This document shows positions 52,371 to 60,064 of a stretch of DNA of 60,064 nucleotides, in pieces. The stretch's first letter is position 1; each line of letters opens with the position of its first letter. The stretch is taken from positions 1 to 60,064 of IMG/VR virus record IMGVR_UViG_3300043449_001984, one strand, 5' to 3'. The notes below the pieces were generated by a model. The model was not told the origin of the DNA. It ran no database searches and was given only the letters and a program-made list of their open reading frames with translations. The translations under genes were made by a program, and so were the position numbers. This DNA is from a virus (lineage: Duplodnaviria > Caudoviricetes).

Positions 52371-52658
52371 TTAATTTTCTTGAGATTGTGAAATCACACC
52401 TTCATACAACGCTTCAAATTCTTCATTTTCAGCAGTTACTTCAGAAAAGTTTTTTTTATGATATGTTACAGCCATCTTACGAATAAGTTTCTTTGGAATC
52501 TTCAACTCATCATAAAGAGTTCCAAGAATATCTTTGATTACTTCCCTTTGTGATTCCATCATCGTCATCACATCAGAAAATTCTCTTAACCCTTTTTTAA
52601 GGGTATTTAATTCTTCATCAGTAAACGTACCAAATGCACTAACTACAGTTTTTGCCAT
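52371..52658 (-). CDS. T4 DsbA-like dsDNA-binding protein
   Basis: E.S..M...E..RE.IK....KK...KMA..YHK..F.E....E.LYE. Confidence 0.65.
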   Translation of the reverse strand: MAKTVVSAFGTFTDEELNTLKKGLREFSDVMTMMESQREVIKDILGTLYDELKIPKKLIRKMAVTYHKKNFSEVTAENEEFEALYEGVISQSQEN

Positions 52659-52670
52659 TTATATCACCTA

Positions 52671-53348
52671 TTAATATTGACTAGAAGTTTCCAGAGTTAC
52701 ATAATATACAATATCGTCAGTAGTACCAACAAATTTTGCAATCCCCCTAGAACTAATTTCTACATCATAACTCCCAGGAATCATTTTTAGATTTTCAGTT
52801 TTAAAGATCAATTTGTAAGATTTACCTTCAGGATTCACATTTTCCAAAATCATATCATTACTATGAGCAGCATCGTTTGAAACATCAAATGTTGTCAAAG
52901 AAACGGTTGTACCATCGCTTTGAATTGCTACATTAGGAGAACCTAGCACGCTTGCTGTACGCAAAATCCAAGAAAAATCATCTTGAGTAAAGACGAACTT
53001 AACATCAACTTCTTGGATATTTGGGCGCTTATCTGGTGCACCAACAACCATAGAAGAATCTGTATAACGATACCTAATTTTTGATCGACCTCCCATACCA
53101 GAAACTAAAACATTCTTTTCATCAAACTCGAGTTCAGCTCCTTCCTTGAAGAGAGAAATTACTGATAGAAAATTAGTTAGATCGTAAATACAGAAATCTC
53201 TAGGAATTGTTTCCTCAATAGAAGCATCAGCAAGAATATTCTTTTGAGCAGACACTGTAGAAATCTTATTCCCAGCTTTAAATGCAATACCAGAATTAAT
53301 GGTTGCAAAATTCTTAAGAATAGATAGAGTTTTTTCACTTAGTTTCAT
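52671..53348 (-). CDS. gp45: sliding clamp
   Basis: MKLS..T..ILKNFA.IN; IYDL..FL; ENLK..PG.Y.V. Confidence 0.95.
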   Translation of the reverse strand: MKLSEKTLSILKNFATINSGIAFKAGNKISTVSAQKNILADASIEETIPRDFCIYDLTNFLSVISLFKEGAELEFDEKNVLVSGMGGRSKIRYRYTDSSMVVGAPDKRPNIQEVDVKFVFTQDDFSWILRTASVLGSPNVAIQSDGTTVSLTTFDVSNDAAHSNDMILENVNPEGKSYKLIFKTENLKMIPGSYDVEISSRGIAKFVGTTDDIVYYVTLETSSQY

Positions 53349-53380
53349 TTTATAAACACCTCAAATTACCAAAAATAAAA

Positions 53381-53617
53381 TTATACCTTATCTTTTTTGG
53401 ATTGTAAAGAATTACTTTCCAAAGATTCAATTAGCCAATTCAAATAGTCACGCGCCTTATACAAATCATTTAATTCAGTACCCTTATATTCACACCTCGA
53501 CGTATATTTAATAACATTTCCCAAACAAAACCCTTCATATCGCTCTTTTGACATTTTTTGTTTCATATATTCAATAGGTTGGATTCCACCAACTGTATAA
53601 TGGGAATTTTGTTTCAT
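53381..53617 (-). CDS. DUF3310 family protein
   Basis: SHY..GGI.PI; GF..GNVIKY..R...K...DL.KA..YL. Confidence 0.85.
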   Translation of the reverse strand: MKQNSHYTVGGIQPIEYMKQKMSKERYEGFCLGNVIKYTSRCEYKGTELNDLYKARDYLNWLIESLESNSLQSKKDKV

Positions 53618-54414
53618 TACAACTCTCCAATATATTGAGCAACTGCAGGCAGATTCCCGCTAAACATATATGAACCAATATGAATTAATCTCATCCAAGG
53701 ACATAGCCACGAATCAATACCAATTTCTCTGCATTTTTGCGTAAAGAAATAATCTTCCGACAAATACCGTTTACTAACCGGATCAATGATACAATCAAAA
53801 AATGCACATATTTCCCTTTCTCCACCGAAATTAGCTTGTCCTACGTGATCTGGGCGGTACATATTTTCAGGATAAGATTTTTCAAACTTTTCAAAAACTT
53901 CGCGCTTAATTAACATAAAACCTGTACCCAAATCCATAACACGCAAAGGTTCTGTGATACTAAATTTAGAAGTACCTGCAACTGGATTAAATACCATCGA
54001 GCCAGTTAATTTTTCAAAATCTGAAGCTGGAATTTCTGGATTCTTTTGTAACGCTTTGTGGAGTTGATTCCATTCAATACTTTTCTTTGGATAAGGTCCG
54101 CCAATAATTTCCTTATCGAGAGCTAGTAAAGCAATAACATCGTGTGGATTGAATGCAATATCAGCATCAATAAACAATAGATGAGTACAATCTGATCGAT
54201 GATAAAATTCATCAACCAAATAATTTCTTGCTCGTTGAATCAAACTTTCATTAAAAATAAACGAAAACTTTATTTCAACACCATACTGCGCCATAACACC
54301 TTGTAGGTCTAAACAAGACTTCATAAACATTCCTGTGCACTGACCACCATACATCGGTGTAGCTACAAAAAGTTTTTTAGTTTTCAATTCTTCTGGACTA
54401 ATTTGTATTTTCAT
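53617..54414 (-). CDS. GT-A fold glycosyltransferase-like protein
   Basis: ATPMYGG; NESLI.RARN; THLLFIDADI; YPKK; GTGFMLI; YLSEDY.F. Confidence 0.8.
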   Translation of the reverse strand: MKIQISPEELKTKKLFVATPMYGGQCTGMFMKSCLDLQGVMAQYGVEIKFSFIFNESLIQRARNYLVDEFYHRSDCTHLLFIDADIAFNPHDVIALLALDKEIIGGPYPKKSIEWNQLHKALQKNPEIPASDFEKLTGSMVFNPVAGTSKFSITEPLRVMDLGTGFMLIKREVFEKFEKSYPENMYRPDHVGQANFGGEREICAFFDCIIDPVSKRYLSEDYFFTQKCREIGIDSWLCPWMRLIHIGSYMFSGNLPAVAQYIGEL

Positions 54415-54423
54415 TATTCACCT

Positions 54424-55743
54424 TCATAATTTTTCACCCTTTTCAAAACCCCTTAAACGCATAAATACTGGAAACCTTAACGAATATCCTCCGTTTTGAT
54501 TTTGTGTAATTACATCACATTTAACTTCAGCAATTTTACCAATTACACCATATTTATTTGACCAAAACAGTTCTCTTTGTTCATCCGTAAACCCGGAACC
54601 AACATTAACTTCAATTTCCTTACCATCTTCAATTCCTCTACAAACAATTGCCCCAAGTTTGCCTACATATTTATCATCCCCTTCAATAAGATCAACAACC
54701 TCTAAATCAAAAGTTAATACAGGCTTTAATTTAAGCCAGGACGAAGAACGTTTGCATTCATAAGGAGCCATAGGATCCTTAATCATAACACCTTCTTTTC
54801 CGGATTCAATACATTGTTTGTTGAAAATATTAAATTCTAGTTTACCTTGTTCTGTATCCAAATCAACATATTTATTAGTCAATACTTTAATATTATCAAG
54901 ATCATCTACAAATAAATCTTCTAAATCAGTCGTTCTAATCGTTTGTGGAACATCTGAATATCCAGCTTTAAATTCTTCTAGAGTAAGTAAATCAAAAAGA
55001 TACAAAACTGAATCATTTGTTTGTACATCTTCTTTTCTGTACAATTGAGTCATTAATGCTTGAAACGACGAAGACATAACTTCGCCATCCAATACAATCG
55101 GCTTCTTCAACTTTAGAGCTATATTGGAAAGTTGATTCTTAATTTCGGTAAAGTTAGGTAATTCTTTACCGTTTCTGGAAAATTGATCAACTTTTCCGTC
55201 AGGATATAAAATACTTAATACTCTCGTTCCATCAAGTTTTTCCGACAACATTTTTCTGCCTGTCATCTTCTCCGAATAATTTCTAGAATCTTGAGCTAAT
55301 TGGCAAGAAAAAGTTGGAATCTCAAATTGTTTCTTTTTAGATTTCTTTGAACAATTATTAATCGTCTTTTCATTGACACCACATTTTAAATCTTTTACTA
55401 GAATCCTACGATACCAATTATTCCAAGTATGATTAGAAGTTTTGTTACAAATTTCAAGCAGTAAATCTTTAGCTGCATTTCCAGTAACACTTCTTTTGAT
55501 AAGATCTTCAAGAATTTTATTGAATTCCGAAAAAGGCACTAAATCTACATTTGATTCCTCTTTTTCATTATATGGAACGGTTTTTTCACTAACACCAAAA
55601 GTTATTAATTTATCACAAGCATAACGAATACCATCAAAAAACTCTTCATTGTTCAATTCCATTTCACGAATAATAACAGATTCTTTAAATAGTCTACTAT
55701 TATTCGATTCCAATTCAACAATAATGTCAGCTGGTTTTTTCAT
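54424..55743 (-). CDS. gp30: ATP-dependent DNA ligase
   Basis: EKLDG.R; SRNGK; LDGE; EGVMIK; KRS..WLKLK; VGSGF; SLRFPVF. Confidence 0.95.
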   Translation of the reverse strand: MKKPADIIVELESNNSRLFKESVIIREMELNNEEFFDGIRYACDKLITFGVSEKTVPYNEKEESNVDLVPFSEFNKILEDLIKRSVTGNAAKDLLLEICNKTSNHTWNNWYRRILVKDLKCGVNEKTINNCSKKSKKKQFEIPTFSCQLAQDSRNYSEKMTGRKMLSEKLDGTRVLSILYPDGKVDQFSRNGKELPNFTEIKNQLSNIALKLKKPIVLDGEVMSSSFQALMTQLYRKEDVQTNDSVLYLFDLLTLEEFKAGYSDVPQTIRTTDLEDLFVDDLDNIKVLTNKYVDLDTEQGKLEFNIFNKQCIESGKEGVMIKDPMAPYECKRSSSWLKLKPVLTFDLEVVDLIEGDDKYVGKLGAIVCRGIEDGKEIEVNVGSGFTDEQRELFWSNKYGVIGKIAEVKCDVITQNQNGGYSLRFPVFMRLRGFEKGEKL

Positions 55744-56336
55744 ACAGTTTTATTATTCCTCACAAGTTCTCTTGCAAATTGTTTCATTTGTTTTTCTCTA
55801 CGCTTTAAACCCATCTTTAAAGATAAAGGTTTTGCAACTTTATTGAATGTTATACCATTTAAATGATCCATTTCGTGTAAAAATATTCTAGCAGAAATCC
55901 CAGAAAAAACACGATTTATTCTTTCTCCTAAGTCATTTTGATATTCAACTTCTATTTCCTTTGACCTAGAAACTGCTAAAGTTAAAAATGGAAAAGAAAG
56001 ACAACCTTCCTCCATATGAAGGATTTCTGTAGACGAAGAAATAACTTTTGGATTAAACGCAGTTATATAATCTCCCTCTGCCCCCATTACAAATACTCTA
56101 TGCTCCAGACCACATTGAGGTGCAGCTAATCCGAACGCTCGATGCAATTTTAAAGTCTCTGTTAATCTTCCAGATAACTCAGTTGCGTCAATTGTTCCAT
56201 CAAAAACAAATTCGTCTATGTATTCACATAGAATGGGATCATCTTCTGAAACCAATTTATAAGGTTCATAAGATATCTTAATTTTCGTTGCGGTCTTAGC
56301 AGCAACTTCAGTGTCTATAGTAATTAGTTCATTCAT
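55740..56336 (-). CDS. def: peptide deformylase
   Basis: GLAAPQ; EGCLSFP; HEMDHL.G. Confidence 0.93.
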   Translation of the reverse strand: MNELITIDTEVAAKTATKIKISYEPYKLVSEDDPILCEYIDEFVFDGTIDATELSGRLTETLKLHRAFGLAAPQCGLEHRVFVMGAEGDYITAFNPKVISSSTEILHMEEGCLSFPFLTLAVSRSKEIEVEYQNDLGERINRVFSGISARIFLHEMDHLNGITFNKVAKPLSLKMGLKRREKQMKQFARELVRNNKTV

Positions 56337-56342
56337 AAAATT

Positions 56343-56370
56343 ATTATACCTGTTTTCGTTTTTTTGTAAA
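56343..56370 (-). promoter_or_regulatory. sigma70-type promoter
   Basis: TTTACA-16 nt-TATAAT. Confidence 0.6.
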
Positions 56371-56373
56371 GCA

Positions 56374-58095
56374 TTAAATTTGCATCATCCTCGTAAAGTC
56401 TTTCTTCTTTTCAAATTTCAAAGTTCTATCAAATTTATCACCAATCTGATCCCCTCGATGAGAGATCACGATGATATTTGTATTATGATCTAAATTATCA
56501 ATTAAGTCAAAAAATTGTTCAGCACCTTCCAAATCAAGTGAACCATCAAGAATTTCATCCATAATTAACAAATTTGTATTTACTGAATTTTTCATTTTAG
56601 CAATTTGTCTAAATGTAAAAAGAATTGCTAAATCAATTCTCAACTTTTCTCCTTCAGAAAAATTCTCATACCTAAATTCGTCTCTATAACGACTTTTAAT
56701 TATTTCTTCAAAATTTTCATTAATATTAAAATTTACAAAAAAGTTTAGTTGTGATAAATATGCATTAATTAATTTATTCATCACTGGTAAATATTGTTTA
56801 ATGATTCTTGTTTTAATGCCACCATCTTTCAACAATACTGCAGAAAAATCGTAGTATTTTTTTGATTGTTGTAACTCTTCTTGTTCAACTGTAAACCTAT
56901 TCAATTCTTCCATCAATAAATTCAATCTACCATTATTATCCTCAATATTATCAAACGTATCAGATATTTCAGATAAATTATTTAATTCTTTTTGTACAAA
57001 TTTTTGAATTGCTGATATTGAAGCATTTATTCTCACAATTTCAGATTGATGTTCTTGAATATGTTCATTAATACCAATAATCTCATTTAATCTTAAATCC
57101 AACTTAACCATTTCTTCATTAAGTTTTACTAATCCATCAGAAAATTCATTTTGTTTTTTTGAATTAATTTCTATTTGAGATTGTTTAAATTCTTCATTAA
57201 TCTGTTGTCTACAAGTTGGACAACTATCATTAGATTGAAAAAAATCGGAATCTTTTTTTAATCTATTTAAATTGGTTTCCAATTTAGATTCAATTGAAAC
57301 CATTTTATTTTTCTTTGATTCTAACGACAGTTTATCCTTAACTTTAATTTGAAGAACTTCTATATGTTTTTGTATTAAATAAACGTCTTTTTGCAAATTT
57401 TCAATTTGTTGATTGGATTTTTCTATTTCCAATTGTTTTTGTTTTATTTGGTCTTGTGTACTTTTCTTATGTTCCTTAATATTTTGTTTTTGTAAATTAA
57501 TTTTTTCATTAGTTAGTTCAATATTGTATGTCAATTTTAAATTTTCTTCTTTTAATTTTGATATTTTATCTTTGACTAAAAGATTCATCGTTGAGAAAAT
57601 TTGAATATCCAATAATTCTTCAATAATACCTCTTCTGTCTGAAGCCGGCATACTCATAAATGGTGTATATCTAGCAGAACCTAAAATAACAACATTTATA
57701 AAAGATTTATAATTAACTTTTAAAATGTATTTTTCAAGATATTCTTGATAATCTTTACTTTTAGCGTCTTGATTTACAAGAACTCCATTACAATATATTT
57801 CAAATACATTTGGTTTAATTCCTCGAACAACTTTATATTGCCGACTACCAATATTAAATTCTATTTCAACTAATAAACCTGATTTATTTTTTGAGTTTAC
57901 AATTCCAGGTTTTGTCGTTTTACGAAACGGTTTCCCATAAAGAGCAAAAACAATAGAATCTAAAATACAAGAACTTTTAGATGCTCCATTTTTACCAATA
58001 ACAAGAGTCTTTTTATGAGTATTGAGGTCAATCTCGATTGGAGTATTTCCAACCGAGAAAAAATTACGCATTTTTACTTTTTGAAAGATTATCAT
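56374..58095 (-). CDS. gp46: recombination endonuclease ATPase subunit (Rad50/SbcC-like)
   Basis: NF.SVGN; G.NG..KS; CPTC.Q zinc hook; FSEGEK.RID; MDEILDGSLD; ISH. Confidence 0.95.
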   Translation of the reverse strand: MIIFQKVKMRNFFSVGNTPIEIDLNTHKKTLVIGKNGASKSSCILDSIVFALYGKPFRKTTKPGIVNSKNKSGLLVEIEFNIGSRQYKVVRGIKPNVFEIYCNGVLVNQDAKSKDYQEYLEKYILKVNYKSFINVVILGSARYTPFMSMPASDRRGIIEELLDIQIFSTMNLLVKDKISKLKEENLKLTYNIELTNEKINLQKQNIKEHKKSTQDQIKQKQLEIEKSNQQIENLQKDVYLIQKHIEVLQIKVKDKLSLESKKNKMVSIESKLETNLNRLKKDSDFFQSNDSCPTCRQQINEEFKQSQIEINSKKQNEFSDGLVKLNEEMVKLDLRLNEIIGINEHIQEHQSEIVRINASISAIQKFVQKELNNLSEISDTFDNIEDNNGRLNLLMEELNRFTVEQEELQQSKKYYDFSAVLLKDGGIKTRIIKQYLPVMNKLINAYLSQLNFFVNFNINENFEEIIKSRYRDEFRYENFSEGEKLRIDLAILFTFRQIAKMKNSVNTNLLIMDEILDGSLDLEGAEQFFDLIDNLDHNTNIIVISHRGDQIGDKFDRTLKFEKKKDFTRMMQI

Positions 58096-59174
58096 ACTGA
58101 GTCTAGATTAACTGCTTCATTATATAAGTTGTTTAGAATACCTTTCAATTTATTTGAATCCAAATCTTTTGCTTTTATATTGTCAACATATTTGGATAAA
58201 ATTGTTAGAGTATCTTCAGTTTCATCCACATCATTAATTTCTTCGCTCAAAATTTCAGACATATCTTCAATAATTACCAAATCAATTGGATTAATCTTAT
58301 AAATTGCATCAATAAAAAGATCAAAGAGATATGGATTTTCTTTATTCTTGACTATAACTTTTATATAGCTTCCGTGGTACTCTTCTAATTTTGAATTTTC
58401 CAATTGATCTTTTATCACTTCTTCAGAAATAAGATCATCGTAATATATTTTATTAAACATATTATATGGATTTTGGATAAATTCCAATTCTCTAGTTTCA
58501 AGATCAAAAATATGAAATCCTTTTGGATCAGAATTATCGTGCCAAGTTAATTCATAAGGTGTTCCGAGATAATAGATATTACCGCGATTTGATCGGTGGT
58601 GGTAATGTCCGGTGAAGACGAATTCAAATTTATCAAATATTGAAGGTTCCATTCCTTCGTCAGAAACGATGCCTTTATGCATAGCAAAATCTCTGAGTTC
58701 TAGATGACCAAAACAAATATCTGATTTGCTAGAATTTATTTCGTTAATAACGTCATCATAATTTTCTTTACAAATCCAAGGAACAAAAGTCATATCTAAC
58801 GAACTATTACTGATAGAAGTAGTAGTCGGTTGTTCAATAATTTTTATTTTTTTATATTCTCCTAACAATAATTTTGGAGAATTTACTGAAATTGTATCTT
58901 TAAAAAACGAATCGTGATTTCCAACTAAAGTTATTAACTCGATGTCAAACTCTTCAAACTTATCAAAAAAATATTTTTTACATTCCGATAATCCCTGAAG
59001 ATGTGTCGTTTTTCTATTATCAAATATATCACCTAATTGTACAACAGTCTTTATATTGTTGTTTACAAGATGCGGAAAAAATACGGTTTCATAAAATTTT
59101 TCAAAATAAGAATTAAACGATTTACTTCCATTACGAACTAAAAAATGTGCGTCACCTAATATCGCTATTTTCAT
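58092..59174 (-). CDS. gp47: recombination endonuclease nuclease subunit (Mre11/SbcD-like)
   Basis: GD.HF; LGDIFD.RK; GNHD; GHLE; GHYH. Confidence 0.95.
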   Translation of the reverse strand: MKIAILGDAHFLVRNGSKSFNSYFEKFYETVFFPHLVNNNIKTVVQLGDIFDNRKTTHLQGLSECKKYFFDKFEEFDIELITLVGNHDSFFKDTISVNSPKLLLGEYKKIKIIEQPTTTSISNSSLDMTFVPWICKENYDDVINEINSSKSDICFGHLELRDFAMHKGIVSDEGMEPSIFDKFEFVFTGHYHHRSNRGNIYYLGTPYELTWHDNSDPKGFHIFDLETRELEFIQNPYNMFNKIYYDDLISEEVIKDQLENSKLEEYHGSYIKVIVKNKENPYLFDLFIDAIYKINPIDLVIIEDMSEILSEEINDVDETEDTLTILSKYVDNIKAKDLDSNKLKGILNNLYNEAVNLDSV

Positions 59175-59176
59175 AT

Positions 59177-60064
59177 TTACTTTAATATATGTTTAATATC
59201 TTTTACATCTAAAGTTTCCTTTTCAACTAATAATTTGGAAATCTCCAGAACTTCATTCCAATGAGTCTTTAAAATTTTTCTAGATCTTTCATAATTAACT
59301 TTAATTATCTTTTCTATTTCAATTTCAACTTTCGAATTTAATTCGTCTAATCCTGATTTTAATCTAGATTGACCAGTAAATCCATCTCTTTCAACATATT
59401 TTATTGGAGCAAGATTCTTACACATTCCCCACTCAGTTACCATTTTAGTTGCAATTTCTGTTGCTCTATCAATATCAGAACTTGCCCCTGTGGTTATCTT
59501 TTCCCTGCCAACAAACAATTCTTCAGCTACTCTTCCACCAAATAAAGTTGCAATTTGGCTTTCAAGTTTAGTCTTAGAAACCGAAACTGTATCTTTTTCT
59601 GGAACAAATATAGTAACTCCTAAAGCTCTTCCTCGCGGGATGATACTCATTTTATAGGCTGGATCGTGATCCTCGGAATAATATGCCGTTAAAAAGTGTC
59701 CGACTTCGTGAACTGCTGTCAACATTTTTTCTTCATCATTCATCAAAGAATTACTTCTTTCAGATCCCATCAAAATTTTATCAAGAGATTTTTCAAAATG
59801 TTCGCTATACACTTCTTCATAATTTTCTCTTGATGCAAAAATAGCAGCTTCATTTACCAAATTAGCCAAAGAAGCTCCAGAAAATCCAGGAGTTCTTTTT
59901 GCAATATTAATCAGATCAACACTTTCATTCAGAGGAACTTTTTTTGTATGTACTTTTAAAATTTCTTCCCTACCTTTTAGATCTGGTAATCCAACAGAAA
60001 TTTCCCTATCAAACCTTCCAGGTCTTAATAATGCCGCATCTAGAAGATCAGCTCTATTAGTTGC
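59177..60064 (-). CDS. ftsH: FtsH ATP-dependent Zn metalloprotease (C-terminal part; 5' end outside window)
   Basis: Frame open to window edge: [63 protein letters not shown]. Confidence 0.93.
   Translation of the reverse strand, partial: ATNRADLLDAALLRPGRFDREISVGLPDLKGREEILKVHTKKVPLNESVDLINIAKRTPGFSGASLANLVNEAAIFASRENYEEVYSEHFEKSLDKILMGSERSNSLMNDEEKMLTAVHEVGHFLTAYYSEDHDPAYKMSIIPRGRALGVTIFVPEKDTVSVSKTKLESQIATLFGGRVAEELFVGREKITTGASSDIDRATEIATKMVTEWGMCKNLAPIKYVERDGFTGQSRLKSGLDELNSKVEIEIEKIIKVNYERSRKILKTHWNEVLEISKLLVEKETLDVKDIKHILK

Noticed and set aside
1519-58302. All plus-strand ORFs in the supplied track
   Set aside because: They are antisense shadows of well-supported minus-strand genes or tRNAs, with no recognisable motifs
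1-60064. CRISPR array, IS element or integrase
   Set aside because: No regularly spaced repeats, terminal inverted repeats or transposase/recombinase motifs seen

Overview
AT-rich segment of a large T4-like myophage, almost certainly infecting a Gram-negative (probably proteobacterial) host; essentially every real gene is on the minus strand. From right to left it carries: a T4 core replication/recombination block (partial FtsH, gp47/gp46, peptide deformylase, gp30 ligase, gp45, gp44/gp62, RegA, Hsp20, dCMP deaminase, gp43, UvsX, gp41); an ~8.5 kb sugar-biosynthesis/glycosyltransferase cluster; a set of late proteins with T4-type capsid-targeting N-termini, including a ligase-like + Pol-beta/HIGH nucleotidyltransferase + P-loop kinase module; a GH19 lysis region; primase, ThyX, MazG; an nrdA gene fractured by a split intein with a free-standing HNH endonuclease between the halves; nrdB, denA, rnh; and an ~7.7 kb array of 27 tRNA genes covering all 20 amino acids. 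The array contains a group I intron in tRNA-Leu(UAA), two endonuclease genes, a D-arm-rearranged tRNA-Arg(ACG), a tmRNA-like mini RNA and several unexplained structured RNAs. The top finding lies just upstream of the array (9368-9556): a late promoter, an apparently leaderless 40-codon ORF using 19 of the 20 amino acids, and mutually exclusive antiterminator/terminator hairpins. This looks like a 'pan-amino-acid' ribosome-stalling attenuator that would switch on the phage tRNA operon when any charged tRNA runs short. It is followed by a sigma70-type promoter and an rrn-like boxB-boxA antitermination site. All calls come from reading the sequence by eye; no searches or folding programs were run.
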